DNA of 64,000 nucleotides from an uncultured delta proteobacterium (GTDB taxonomy: Bacteria; Desulfobacterota; Binatia; DP-6), in NCBI GenBank assembly GCA_963815115.1, contig CAWFFN010000008.1:32001-96000 (forward strand), read 5' to 3'. A program made the translations under genes and the position numbers. Shown here piece by piece: positions 37,553 through 47,340 of the stretch (the stretch's first letter is position 1; every line of letters starts with the position of its first letter). A model generated the notes under the pieces. It did no database searches, had not been told where the DNA came from, and saw nothing but the letters and a program-made list of their open reading frames with translations.

Positions 37553-38218
37553 GCTCCCTGGGGGACCGGCGGGAACGGCTGAATGAAGGACACGCTTTGC
37601 ATACCATCCGGCTCAGGAGGCCATCGTTCAAAGCACTCCCGGGTGCGGCCATGCCTCTATCAGATTCGCGCGCGGGTGTTGATTTTCAACAGAATCGCCC
37701 TTCTCCATGCCCGAGGCTCGTCTCTTTCGACCGCCCTCAACCGAAGTCCGTGTTCTCGCGCCGAACTCTGGAGGTGCCAGCGCGAGTCGCCCAACCCGTT
37801 CGTCGCCGAACAGATCGAGCAACTGGCGGCCTCGCTGTTCACGCGAACCACTCCATCGGCCGCGGTTCGCGACCGCGTGATGTGGTGGACATTCCTTCGG
37901 CTTCTGACGGTATCGAACCTCCCTCATGCGGAAGTCGGAGATCAAGATCAGCGAAGAGCGCCGACTCGCGCACCGAGGCACATCGCTCTCGGAGAAACAT
38001 TCCAAGAACAACGGGGCGGGGCCAACCACCCCCCCAACCACCGCGCGCCAGGGACCCCTTTGACATCCCCGGTCGTCTTCCGCCACGTCCGTAGACGGTG
38101 ACGCCAGGGAGCATAGTTTGATCGAGAGAGGCGAGAAGCGCCACGAATGGACGGCCCGCAAACGAGCAGCCGGCTGGCGCGGGTGGAGTTCCGGGCCGTG
38201 CGCCGCTAGGTAGGGCGG

Positions 38219-38503
38219 ATGGACCCGAAGCTCTTCGCCACCGTGTTTGCCAGCGTGTTTCTCGCTGAGCTCGGCGACAAAACCCAGCTCGCGACCCTGC
38301 TCTTCGCAGCCGACGGCGAAAACCCGAAGCTGACGGTTTTCACTGCCTCAGCGCTGGCTCTCGTGATGACCTCGGGGATCGGCGTACTGGCGGGCGCGGC
38401 CCTGTCCCAGATCGTGAGCCCGCGCACGCTCTCGATCGTCGCCGGGCTGGGATTCGTCGCGATCGGCCTTTGGACCATGTCGCGGGCCTGGTCCGGCGCC
38501 TGA
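38219..38503 (+). CDS. TMEM165/GDT1 (UPF0016) family half-size protein
   Basis: FLAELGDKTQLAT motif. Confidence 0.88.
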   Translation: MDPKLFATVFASVFLAELGDKTQLATLLFAADGENPKLTVFTASALALVMTSGIGVLAGAALSQIVSPRTLSIVAGLGFVAIGLWTMSRAWSGA

Positions 38504-38544
38504 GCTTCACCGCCCGCGAGTGCGCTGGCGACGCGATCGCCGTG

Positions 38545-38856
38545 CAGGTGCGCGAGGTATCCGTACGCCAGGTCGAGGGCGACGATGCCGAGGACGAACC
38601 GTGCGACCGCCGGCAAGCCGGCCGCGGCCATGAAGCCCGGGGACGCCAGCGGCAAGTACACGGCCGCGACGGCCACGGCGGACGTCAGCACGAAGGCGAA
38701 CAGCAGCGTCTGAACGGTCATGGCCAGGTTCGCCGTCCGCCGGCCCGGCAGCGTCATGGGCCGGGCAAAGAGTGGAACCATGGCTTCGAGAAGCGCGCCC
38801 ACGGCCATGACCGCCAGGACGAACACGACGCTCCCGAGATACTCCCGTGCGCTCAT
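38545..38856 (-). pseudogene. Sterol desaturase/fatty acid hydroxylase N-terminal fragment
   Basis: LEAMVPL...RRTANL...LDLAYGYLAH; ends at the first His box. Confidence 0.6.
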
Positions 38857-38886
38857 GGCCGATGAACACACCGGGGCGCGGTTTCG

Positions 38887-39834
38887 TTACAGGGCCGCCG
38901 GCGTCGGGTCGCCGAACCGGACCGCGGTGAGCTTCCGCGGATTCAGGATGGTGTGGAGCTCGCGGATGCGGCCGTCGGCGTGCACCTCGCAGCGCAGCAC
39001 GAGCCGCGGCGCCATCCGGGGCCGCAGCGGTCGGGTCACGATGACGAGGGCTGGGATCCCGTTGATCCAGCGAAGCTCCGTACGGGAGATGGGTGCACGT
39101 CGGCGGGCGGTCTCGAGATGAAAGCGGATGACAGCGGCCCGTCCGGTCAGCGGCTCGGCCAGTGCCGTGTAGCGGCCGCCGCCGTCCGTCAGCGAGCGCA
39201 CGTCGTCGGTGAGCAGGGCCTCCATCCCCGCGGCATCCTGATTCACCATGCAGAGCAGCAACTTCTCGAGTGCCGCTCGCTGGCGCTCGCGCACGGCCGG
39301 CGACGCGACGACCTCGACGTCGAAGCGCTCGAGCGTGCGGCGCGCGCGGTGGTGCAGCACCCGCACGTTGCCTTCGCTGGCCTCGAGGATCCGGGCCACC
39401 TCGGCCACCGGGTAGTCCAGCACGTCGACGAGCAGCAGCACCGCTCGCGCGCGCGGGGGGAGCGCTTCGAGGGCGACCAGGAACGCGTAGGACACCTGCT
39501 CCGCACACTCGACGGTCCGTGCGGTGTCCGCCGTGGTCGTGTCGGGGACGTCGGGAACCTCCGCCGTTTCCAGCGGTGATGGCAACCAGGGCCCGTGGTA
39601 GCGGCGACGCCTGCGCCGCCGGAGGCAATCAAGGCTCAGGTTGGTCGCAACCCGTACGAGCCAGCGTTCGAGGTCGCCGTCCTGCAGGGAGACGGGAGCC
39701 TCGACCGCACGCGCGAAGGCCTCCTGGACGAGATCGTCGGCATCCGCCGCGACACCGGTCATGCGGTAGCAGAGGCCCAACAACCGGCATTCGCTCGCTC
39801 GGAAGACGGACTCGATCGCCGAAAGCTCCGACAC
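38887..39834 (-). CDS. ECF41-type (SigJ-like) sigma factor with SnoaL-like extension
   Basis: DADDLVQEAF, GPWLPSP, TDGGG, NPRKL motifs. Confidence 0.9.
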   Translation of the reverse strand: MSELSAIESVFRASECRLLGLCYRMTGVAADADDLVQEAFARAVEAPVSLQDGDLERWLVRVATNLSLDCLRRRRRRRYHGPWLPSPLETAEVPDVPDTTTADTARTVECAEQVSYAFLVALEALPPRARAVLLLVDVLDYPVAEVARILEASEGNVRVLHHRARRTLERFDVEVVASPAVRERQRAALEKLLLCMVNQDAAGMEALLTDDVRSLTDGGGRYTALAEPLTGRAAVIRFHLETARRRAPISRTELRWINGIPALVIVTRPLRPRMAPRLVLRCEVHADGRIRELHTILNPRKLTAVRFGDPTPAAL

Positions 39835-39947
39835 GGTGGAACTATAACGCGCGAGCCTGCCGAAGCGTTACAGCCGGGGGCCTCGCACACTGCCCTGCGA
39901 GGCAAGCCCAAAATGCCGCATCCCGTTCGGGATCTCGGCCTGGGTGG

Positions 39948-39967
39948 GATGAAACACTTGTTGCATC
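39948..39967. promoter_or_regulatory. Putative ChrB operator palindrome
   Basis: GATGAAACACTTGTTGCATC, 16/20 self-complementary, 30 bp upstream of chrB. Confidence 0.5.
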
Positions 39968-39996
39968 GCCAACTCCTGTGTTACAGGCACCCCCCC

Positions 39997-40959
39997 GTGC
40001 CGGGCGAGGACACCGCCAACCGCTGGCTGCTGCTGATCCACCAGCTGCCCCCGAAGCCGAGTAATCTCCGCGTGCGCGTCTGGCGCCGGCTCCAAGACCT
40101 GGGCGCCGTGCCCATCAAGAACTCCGTCTACGTGCTTCCGAACCGGCCCGAGACCCGTGAGGACTTCGAGTGGCTGCGGCGCGAGCTGTCGCAGGACGGC
40201 GGCGAGGCGTCGATCTGCGAGGCGCGCTTCGTGGACGGCCTGCGCGACGACGAGGTCGAGGTGCTCTTCAACACGGCGCGCGAGGCGGACTACCGCGAGC
40301 TGACCGCGGCGGCGCGAGCATTGGTCCAGGTCCGGCCCGCCGGCAGGAAGCGGCGGCCCGACCCGGGAGCGCTCGCCGCCGACGTGGCCCGCCTCCGCCG
40401 CCGTCTCGGCGAGGTCGTCGCGCGGGATTTCTTCGGCGCGCCGGGTCGCGAGGCGCTCGAGGGATTCCTCACCCGCCTCGGGCCCGAGGCGTCGCGGACC
40501 GCCGAGGCAACACCGCTCGACCCGACCGAGCTGCGCGGTCGCACCTGGGTCACCCGCACGGGGGTCCACATCGACCGCATCGCCACCGCCTGGCTTGTGC
40601 GGCGGTTCGTCGATCCGGACGCCGCGTTCAAGTTCGTCCCGGCGAAGGGCTACCGTCCGGAGACCGGCGAGATCCGTTTCGACATGTTCGACGCCGAGTT
40701 CACGCACGACGGCGACCGCTGCACCTTCGAGGTCGTCGTCGGACGGATCGGGCTCGACGATCGGGCGCTGCGGGCCATCGGCGAGATCGTGCACGACATC
40801 GACTTAAAGGAGACCAAGTTCGGGCGCGCGGAAACCGCGGGCGTCGACCATCTGGTGGTCGGCCTCTGCATGGCCCTCCCCCGCGACGAGGACCGCCTCG
40901 CGCGCGGCGGTGCGCTCTTCGACGACCTCTACGAGTACTTCCGAAGGAAGCGTTCATGA
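39997..40959 (+). CDS. chrB: Chromate-responsive regulator ChrB
   Basis: WLLLIHQLPPKP..LRVRVWRRL; WVTR....IDRIATAWLVRRFVDP; FTHDGDRCTFE. Confidence 0.9.
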   Translation: MPGEDTANRWLLLIHQLPPKPSNLRVRVWRRLQDLGAVPIKNSVYVLPNRPETREDFEWLRRELSQDGGEASICEARFVDGLRDDEVEVLFNTAREADYRELTAAARALVQVRPAGRKRRPDPGALAADVARLRRRLGEVVARDFFGAPGREALEGFLTRLGPEASRTAEATPLDPTELRGRTWVTRTGVHIDRIATAWLVRRFVDPDAAFKFVPAKGYRPETGEIRFDMFDAEFTHDGDRCTFEVVVGRIGLDDRALRAIGEIVHDIDLKETKFGRAETAGVDHLVVGLCMALPRDEDRLARGGALFDDLYEYFRRKRS

Positions 40960-42143
40960 CCACGACGTCCGCTCATCTCGCCGGCGAAGCTACTCCGGTC
41001 CCCAGCTCGCTCCGCGACGTCGCCCTGTATTTCCTCCGCCTCGGCACCTTTGGCTTCGGCGGTCCGATCGCGCTGGTCGGCTACATGCAGCGCGACCTCG
41101 TGGAGCACCGGCGCTGGTTCTCGAAGCAGGACTACGGCGAGGGCCTGGCCCTCGCGCAGCTGGCCCCCGGGCCGCTCGCCGCCCAGCTCGCCATCTACCT
41201 CGGCTGGCTCCGCGGGGGCTCGCTCGGCGCCACGCTGGTCGCCGTCGCCTTCGTCCTCCCCTCGTTCCTGATGGTGCTCGCGCTGTCATGGCTCTACCTG
41301 CGCTACGAGGGCCTGTCGTGGATGCAGGGGGCGTTCTACGGCATCGGCGCCGCCGTCATCGCGATCATCGGGCGGAGCGCGTACAAGCTCACGCGCAGCA
41401 CCCTCGGCGCCGATCGCCTGCTCTGGACGATCTTCCTGGTGAGTGCGCTCGTCACCGCGTGGACCGAGTCGGAGATCGCCTGGCTCTTCGTCCTCGCCGG
41501 CGTGATCGGCCTCGCCGCACATCTGCTGCGCCGGGGGGCCGCCACGACGGCCTCGCTCGCGCTCGTGCCCTGGCTGGTCACCGGGCTGCACGGACCGGCG
41601 CCGGAGGGCGTGCTCTGGATGATACTCTGGTACTTCGCCGAGGCGGGCGCCTTCGTCTTCGGCAGCGGGCTCGCCATCGTGCCGTTCCTGCACGGTGGCG
41701 TCGTGAACGAGTTCGGCTGGCTCACCGAGCGGCAGTTCCTCGACGCCGTGGCGGTCGCCATGATCACCCCCGGACCGGTGGTGATCACGGTGGCGTTCAT
41801 CGGCTACCTGGTGGCCGGGCCGCTGGGCGCCACCCTCGCCGCCATCGGCGTCTTCCTGCCCTGCTACCTGCTGGTAATCATTCCGGCGACGTACTTCCGG
41901 CGCTCGGTGGGCGACCCGCGCGTTAAGGCGTTCGTCGACGGCGTGACGGCGGCCGCCACCGGCGCCATCGCCGGCGCGGCCTTCGTGCTCGGGCGCCGCG
42001 CGGTGTTCGACGTCCCGACCGCGCTCATCTGTCTGGCGACCCTCGCCGCCTTGACGAAGCTGCGGGGCGTGCCCGAGCCCCTGGTCATCGTCGCCGCCGG
42101 CGTGCTGGGGGTGGTCCTGTCGTCGCTCGGGGTCGGGTCATGA
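40956..42143 (+). CDS. chrA: Chromate efflux transporter ChrA
   Basis: GFGGP, AQLAPGP, FGSG, MITPGP duplicated halves; ATGA coupling. Confidence 0.93.
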   Translation: MTTTSAHLAGEATPVPSSLRDVALYFLRLGTFGFGGPIALVGYMQRDLVEHRRWFSKQDYGEGLALAQLAPGPLAAQLAIYLGWLRGGSLGATLVAVAFVLPSFLMVLALSWLYLRYEGLSWMQGAFYGIGAAVIAIIGRSAYKLTRSTLGADRLLWTIFLVSALVTAWTESEIAWLFVLAGVIGLAAHLLRRGAATTASLALVPWLVTGLHGPAPEGVLWMILWYFAEAGAFVFGSGLAIVPFLHGGVVNEFGWLTERQFLDAVAVAMITPGPVVITVAFIGYLVAGPLGATLAAIGVFLPCYLLVIIPATYFRRSVGDPRVKAFVDGVTAAATGAIAGAAFVLGRRAVFDVPTALICLATLAALTKLRGVPEPLVIVAAGVLGVVLSSLGVGS

Positions 42144-42853
42144 CGCTCACGCGGCGCGACACCCTGCGGCTGACCGCGGGGCTCCTCGTGGTCGCCAACT
42201 GGAAAGGAGGCCGCACGATGGCCGAGACACCAAGCGCAGAGCTACCGGCCGCCTATCGCGGGGGGCACGAGCCGAAGCCGCTGCCCTTCGACCCGGCGAA
42301 GCTCACGGGCCTGTCGGAGCGGCTGATCCGGTCCCACCACGAGAACAACTACACCGGGGCCGTGAAGCGGCTGAACCTCATCGAGCAGCAGCTCGGTCGC
42401 GTGCCGAAGGACGCGCCGCCCTATCAGGTGGGCGCGCTCAAGCGCGAGGAGCTGGTCGCGGCGAACTCGATGATCCTCCACGAGCTGTACTTCGGGAACC
42501 TTGGCGGAGACGGGAAACCTAGCGGCGCCGGCGTCGACATGCTGAAGGGCGCCTATGGATCCCTGGATGCCTGGGAGCACGAGTTTCGCCAGACGGGCAT
42601 GTCGCTCGCGGGGGGCTCGGGATGGGTACTCCTGACGTACGATCCGCACGAGCAGGCCGTCCGCACGGTCTGGGCCTCCGACCGCACCCAGGGGCTCGCC
42701 GGCGGAAGCCCCGTGTTGGTCATGGACATGTACGAGCACTCGTACCACATCGACTACGGCGCCAACGCACGCGGCTACATCGATGCGTTCTTCAAGAATA
42801 TCAACTGGGACGAGGTCGACCGGCGCGTCGTGGCGCGGAAGCCGCGGGGGTGA
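42140..42853 (+). CDS. chrC: Fe/Mn superoxide dismutase (ChrC-like)
   Basis: HHENNY, LHELYF, DMYEHSY; N-terminal TRR leader. Confidence 0.88.
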   Translation: MTLTRRDTLRLTAGLLVVANWKGGRTMAETPSAELPAAYRGGHEPKPLPFDPAKLTGLSERLIRSHHENNYTGAVKRLNLIEQQLGRVPKDAPPYQVGALKREELVAANSMILHELYFGNLGGDGKPSGAGVDMLKGAYGSLDAWEHEFRQTGMSLAGGSGWVLLTYDPHEQAVRTVWASDRTQGLAGGSPVLVMDMYEHSYHIDYGANARGYIDAFFKNINWDEVDRRVVARKPRG

Positions 42854-42856
42854 CCC

Positions 42857-43536
42857 ATGGGCACTCGCCGGCTCGCTGCCATCGCCGTGACGTTGCTGGT
42901 GTTCGCCCTTCGCCAGCCGGCAGCCGCACAGTCGACAAGCGCCGCACGCGCCTGGGGGTTCGAGCAGGACACCGTGGACGCGCCACCCGCCGGCTTCACG
43001 TTCACCAAGACGAACGGGGGCCGCATGGGGCGGTGGCTCGTCCGTGCGATGCCCGGCGGCGAGAAGGTCCTCGTCCAGATCGACGATGACCCGACGCGCG
43101 ATCGCTATCCACTGGCGCTCGCCGACGGGCCGCTCGTACGTGATCTCCGCCTCTCCGTTCGCTGCAAACCCCTCTCGGGGCGGGTCGACCAGGCATGCGG
43201 CCTCGTCTTCCGCTACCGCGACGAGAACGACTACTACCTCACGCGGGCGAACGCGCTGGAAGACAACGTCCGACTCTACGCGGTCAAGGATGGCGCGCGG
43301 CAACAGGTCGCCAGCTGGAGCGGTGACTGCCCGATGATCGCTGGAGCGAGCTGCGAGCGGAAGCACGGGGCGATCAGCTGACCGTCTTCTGGAACGGGGC
43401 GCAGGTACTCGACGCGCGCGATGCGACGTTCGGCGACGCGGGTCGCGTCGGGCTGTGGACGAAGGCCGACTCGGTGACCGCGTTCGACGACTTCACGGTC
43501 GTCCCGGTCGAGTCGCGGGAAGGAGCTCCACGATGA
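42857..43536 (+). pseudogene. Secreted ConA-like/DUF1080-like protein, frameshift near 43325
   Basis: DQACGLVFRYRDENDYY.RANALEDNV continues in another frame to GRVGLWTKADSVTAFDD. May be a sequencing indel. Confidence 0.7.
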
Positions 43537-43979
43537 TCTGGGTGACGAAGAGGCGCATCAAGGTGAACCGCGCCGCGACGGCCTGGCTGATCCGGCGCTG
43601 CATCGACCCCACGGGCAGGATCCTGTTCGTCGCGCCCGAGGATGTCGCCGAGGTCCAGCGGCGCGAGGGCGCGACGGGGTTCGACGCACCGGGCGCGACG
43701 TACCCGCACGCCGATGCGGCCGGCCGGTGCTCGTTCGAAGCGCTCGTGGAGGAGCATTGCCCGCACGACGCAGCTCTGGTCGCGCTCGCCCGGATCGTGC
43801 GCGGTGCCGACTTTCGCGACCAGATCGGCCTCACCCCCGAATCCGCCGGCCTGCGGGCGATCTCCGACGGCTTTCCGCTCGTCACCGCCAGCGACGACGA
43901 GACGGTCGAGCGGGCCGGCTTCCTGTACGACGCGCTCCTGGCCTCCCTGCGGGAGCGCATGGCCGGAGGCGCATCATGA
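43533..43979 (+). CDS. chrF: ChrF-like protein (stand-alone ChrB C-terminal domain)
   Basis: MIWVTKRRIKVNRAATAWLIRRCIDP...CSFE...IVRGAD. Confidence 0.8.
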   Translation: MIWVTKRRIKVNRAATAWLIRRCIDPTGRILFVAPEDVAEVQRREGATGFDAPGATYPHADAAGRCSFEALVEEHCPHDAALVALARIVRGADFRDQIGLTPESAGLRAISDGFPLVTASDDETVERAGFLYDALLASLRERMAGGAS

Positions 43980-45001
43980 CCCGGCGCATCCTCGCTGCCC
44001 TTGTCCTGGTGCTCGCCGGGAAGAGCCTCGCGGCCGACGCGCCCACCGGGACCGCCCAAGATCAGCCGCGTGAGGTGTTCGTCGTCAACACCCAGGATGC
44101 GTCGGTCTCGCGGGTGGACCTCCCCGCCATGAAGGAGGTCGGCCGCTTTCCGGTGGGCCCGCGCCCCTACGGCATCGCGGTCACGAAAGACGGACGGTCG
44201 GTCGCCGTCGGCGTGGAGGACGAGGAGAAGGTAAAGTTCTTCGACGCGAAGGACTTCACCCTGCGCGGCGAGACGCACGTCGGCCCGATGTACAACGACC
44301 ACATCGTCCTCACGCCGGACGGAAGGCACGTGCTGGTCGCGAACTTCCACAGCGACGACGTGGTCGGGATCGACGTGGCGACGATGAAGGAGGGGTTCCG
44401 CATCGAGGGCGCCAGCGCGCCCCACGTCATCAAGTACGGGCCGACGAAGGAGCGCGCCTACGTGACCTGCAAGAAGGTGACCGGCATCGCCATCATCGAC
44501 CCGGCCGCGCGGCGGCTCGTCAAGTTCCACCAGCTCAACGTGAATCCGCGCAGCCTGACCTTCTCGCCCGACGAGTCGCGACTCTACTTCGCTTCCTTCT
44601 GGGTGGACGGCTTCTTCGAGATGGACCCGGCGTCGGGCAAGGTGGCCCGCCTCTTCCAGCTCTCCCCGCCGCCCGACGCCGCCCCCCAGGAGGTGACCTA
44701 CCACGGCGTGGAGGCGGTGGCGCCGAACCTCGTGCTCGCCGCGAACGAGGGGCGCTCGTACGTCGACGCCGTGGACGTCCGCGCCGGCAAGCTCCTCGAC
44801 CGTCTCACCGGGGTCGCCAAGCCGTGCTGCGTCGAGCGCGTTCCCGAGACGACGCCGGTGCGTGTCCTGGTGAGCAACATCGGCGACGGCACGCTGCAGC
44901 TCGTCGAGGTGTCCGCCGAGGGGCAACTGCGGGCGCTCGGGAAGGCGAGCGTCGGCCAAGCCGCGAAGCGCGTCGCCTTCGTTCCTCCTGGCACCTCATG
45001 A
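43976..45001 (+). CDS. Secreted YVTN/YncE-type beta-propeller protein
   Basis: Signal peptide; repeated P.GIAVT.DG, TPDGR.VLVAN and FSPDE blades. Confidence 0.85.
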   Translation: MTRRILAALVLVLAGKSLAADAPTGTAQDQPREVFVVNTQDASVSRVDLPAMKEVGRFPVGPRPYGIAVTKDGRSVAVGVEDEEKVKFFDAKDFTLRGETHVGPMYNDHIVLTPDGRHVLVANFHSDDVVGIDVATMKEGFRIEGASAPHVIKYGPTKERAYVTCKKVTGIAIIDPAARRLVKFHQLNVNPRSLTFSPDESRLYFASFWVDGFFEMDPASGKVARLFQLSPPPDAAPQEVTYHGVEAVAPNLVLAANEGRSYVDAVDVRAGKLLDRLTGVAKPCCVERVPETTPVRVLVSNIGDGTLQLVEVSAEGQLRALGKASVGQAAKRVAFVPPGTS

Positions 45002-45635
45002 GGGTTGGCCGGCGTGCTCCCGATGGAACACGCCGTGACGCCAGCGCAGCCCTCTCGCAGCGCCATCGCCGGGCTTGAGATGGCGCGCTCGTGCGGTGGC
45101 CTCATCGAGCAGACGGCCTGCTCCCTCGATGTGTCCGAGCCCTTCCTCGGCCTCGGCCTGGTTGGCGAGTGCCGGAGGAAGGTGCGCAGCGGCCCCGGGC
45201 ACGACCAGCCACGTCGCAACGCGAAGCGTCCGGACGTCCCACGCCACCAGACGCGCCGCCGCGCGCCACTCACCGCGGTGCAGCGGCCCCAACGCGATCA
45301 GCTCCAGTGCGCGATCAGCGGTCGTCAACGTCGCGGCGACTGCGAGCCATGCAACGGCGAACCAACAAACCGCCGCGCCCGCACGTCCTCGGATGGCGGC
45401 CACATCGTGCCGTGTGCCACGGATCGCAGCCTTCGAGAAGGGCCCAGGCGGCTGGTGACGTTTCACCAGCTGGAACAGCTCTCCCTCACCGTGTCGCGCT
45501 TGGCGCGCCGGAGGGTTGGGTGTGTTGTGCCCTGTTGTGCCCTGAACCCAGCCGCACAAGCCGCTGGAGCGTCGCGCCAGCCGGCGAAAGGCCCGTGTTT
45601 TCGCGGCTGGCGCGGCTTCAGTGGGGTACTCTGGG

Positions 45636-45690
45636 GGATTCAGGATCCTGTGGGCTAAGCACCCGTGGGAGTCCAAGTCCCCCTTTCGCA
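45636..45690 (+). other. 3' half of tRNA-Leu(CAG): att-site remnant
   Basis: GGATTCAGGATCCTGTGGGCTAAGCACCCGTGGGAGTCCAAGTCCCCCTTTCGCA contains the anticodon loop, long variable arm and T-arm; the 5' half is absent. Confidence 0.7.
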
Positions 45691-46060
45691 TTTTGGCGGG
45701 GCCCGCGGATCGTCGCAGGGGGGGCAAGACTGATAGCCAGGACGGGCACGCCAGGACCATGCGCTCGACTACGAGACGGCTCGCTCCCCTACCCCGCCCG
45801 GCCATAGCCGGCTCACGCCGGGGATCGATTCCTCGTGATGCTTTTGACAGCGAGCGACGACCCTCGGCGGGTCGAGCGGTCACGGTCAGCGACTGCCACC
45901 CGCCTCGGAGCCGCGCTCGCGGGCATCTCGTCGCGCTTCAGCCTGACCCCGGCCGATGCAGACGCCCTGCTTTGGGTCCTATAGACCCGTTAAGCGATCA
46001 TCTCCGGATACCAGCGGACGCTAACCCCCGAAAAATCCACGCGTGGTGCGTGCCGCCATC

Positions 46061-46083
46061 GGGTTCAAGTCCCCCTCCTCGCA
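46061..46083 (+). other. Second tRNA 3'-end remnant (Leu-like att core)
   Basis: GGGTTCAAGTCCCCCTCCTCGCA: T-arm plus acceptor 3' strand only. Confidence 0.55.
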
Positions 46084-46273
46084 TTGAATTTGTACACCAA
46101 GTTCCCGTCCGGAAGCTCAGATCACCGATTCCGCGTTTTGGGCTACACGTCTCGGCCGTCGCCGGGCTCGCCGGCCGGTGAGGAATGCGCCGACGGCTGC
46201 GGTCGGGCATCCATCGCTTGGGGATGTCGAGCGCCGCAACAATCGATGCAGCCCGCCGTTGATGTGGCTGCGG

Positions 46274-46723
46274 CTATTTGCGGACCTCCGGTGGAAGCAT
46301 CCGCCACTTGCCGCGACGTTCCGGCACACGACTCTCAAGCACCATGAATCGGACGCTGTCCGTGTCCACCTTCCGCGCGGCCTCCCCCGTCAGGCGCTGC
46401 GCCTTGTCCAGCTCTTTGATGTGTTCAAGCAGCCTGGCCTCTGCTTCGGGACTCGGAGGCTTGCGACCCAGGTGATCGCGCCACTTCGGCAAGAAGCGGT
46501 CCCACAACCGCGCCGTGAGAAAGTCACCGTCGGTCGAGCCCCCGACGACGTGCTAGGGTGCCCGCCGCTTGACGTCGATCTTGTCCAAGTCGGCGAGTGT
46601 CTCCAGGAAGAACAGTGGCGTGATGATATTGGTGAGGTAGAAGGTGTCGAGCCACACCGCCTCGTCGAGGCTCAACGCCTGCAACGCGGACTTGTCGAAG
46701 ATCGTGATGGGTCCGAGGCTCAT
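46274..46723 (-). pseudogene. Internally deleted hypothetical (PIN-like N-terminus) gene
   Basis: MSLGPITIFDKSALQALSLDEAVWLD...FFLETLADL, in-frame TAG near 46555, then a C-terminal segment ending RGKWRMLPPEVRK. Confidence 0.45.
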
Positions 46724-46789
46724 GTCAAAATGGGGACGTTGATGGGGACGCTAGCGATCTAGCCACCGTAACTCCGCGAAATCGTAAAG

Positions 46790-46876
46790 CGGAGGGGGGG
46801 AGATTCGAACTCCCGAGGGCTTGCGCCCTGGCGGTTTTCAAGACCGCTGCCTTAAACCTGGCTCGGCCACCCCTCC
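46790..46876 (-). tRNA. tRNA-Ser(TGA)
   Basis: GGAGGGG acceptor stem, anticodon arm GCGGT-CTTGAAA-ACCGC, long variable arm, GTTCGAATC; CCA not encoded. Confidence 0.95.
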
Positions 46877-47044
46877 AGAGGTCACGAACTCCCGAGCGGC
46901 GCGATCAGCCGGGACTAGCAGCTCGGAATTTGATTGCAAACGAAGCGCTCTCCGCCGGACGGTGCCCGCCCATGGCATGAGCACCGAGCGCGACGACCCA
47001 TCGAAGTACCACCCCCCGCATCCGGGAGTGGTCGCTGCCAACCC

Positions 47045-47190
47045 TCACACATGCTCGGCGGCGTGCCGGCGAAATTCCCGCGGCGGCGGTCCCGTCGACC
47101 GCGTGAACGAGCGCGTGAACTGCGCAGGGTCCGAGTAGCCGAGGTCGAACGCGACGTCGATCACCTTTCGGTGGGTCGCCCTGGGCCGGA
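47045..47190 (-). pseudogene. AraC HTH C-terminal fragment
   Basis: KVIDVAFDLGYSDPAQFTRSFTRSTG.PPREFR. Confidence 0.65.
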
Positions 47191-47340
47191 CCCGCAGAGC
47201 CGGGGCGCCGCTCGTCCCGAGCTCGTGTCGCCGATGCAGCGCGGCGTGGAATGGCAAGACGCGGGCCGCCAGGATCCGCGATGTGGTGCGCGGAGAGGGA
47301 GCACGATGAGAACGTCGCCGTTACACGCTGCAGGCATTCG

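Noticed and set aside
44996-45480. Minus-strand membrane/TPR-like ORF after the chr operon
   Set aside because: No credible start or recognisable motif; possibly a decayed fragment, but not supportable.
45636-45690. Functional tRNA-Leu gene
   Set aside because: It lacks the 5' acceptor strand and D-arm, and the T-loop is mutated (GTCCAA).
46554-46556. Pyrrolysine or stop-codon readthrough at the in-frame TAG
   Set aside because: No pyl genes are in the window, and the surrounding decay makes a pseudogene more parsimonious.
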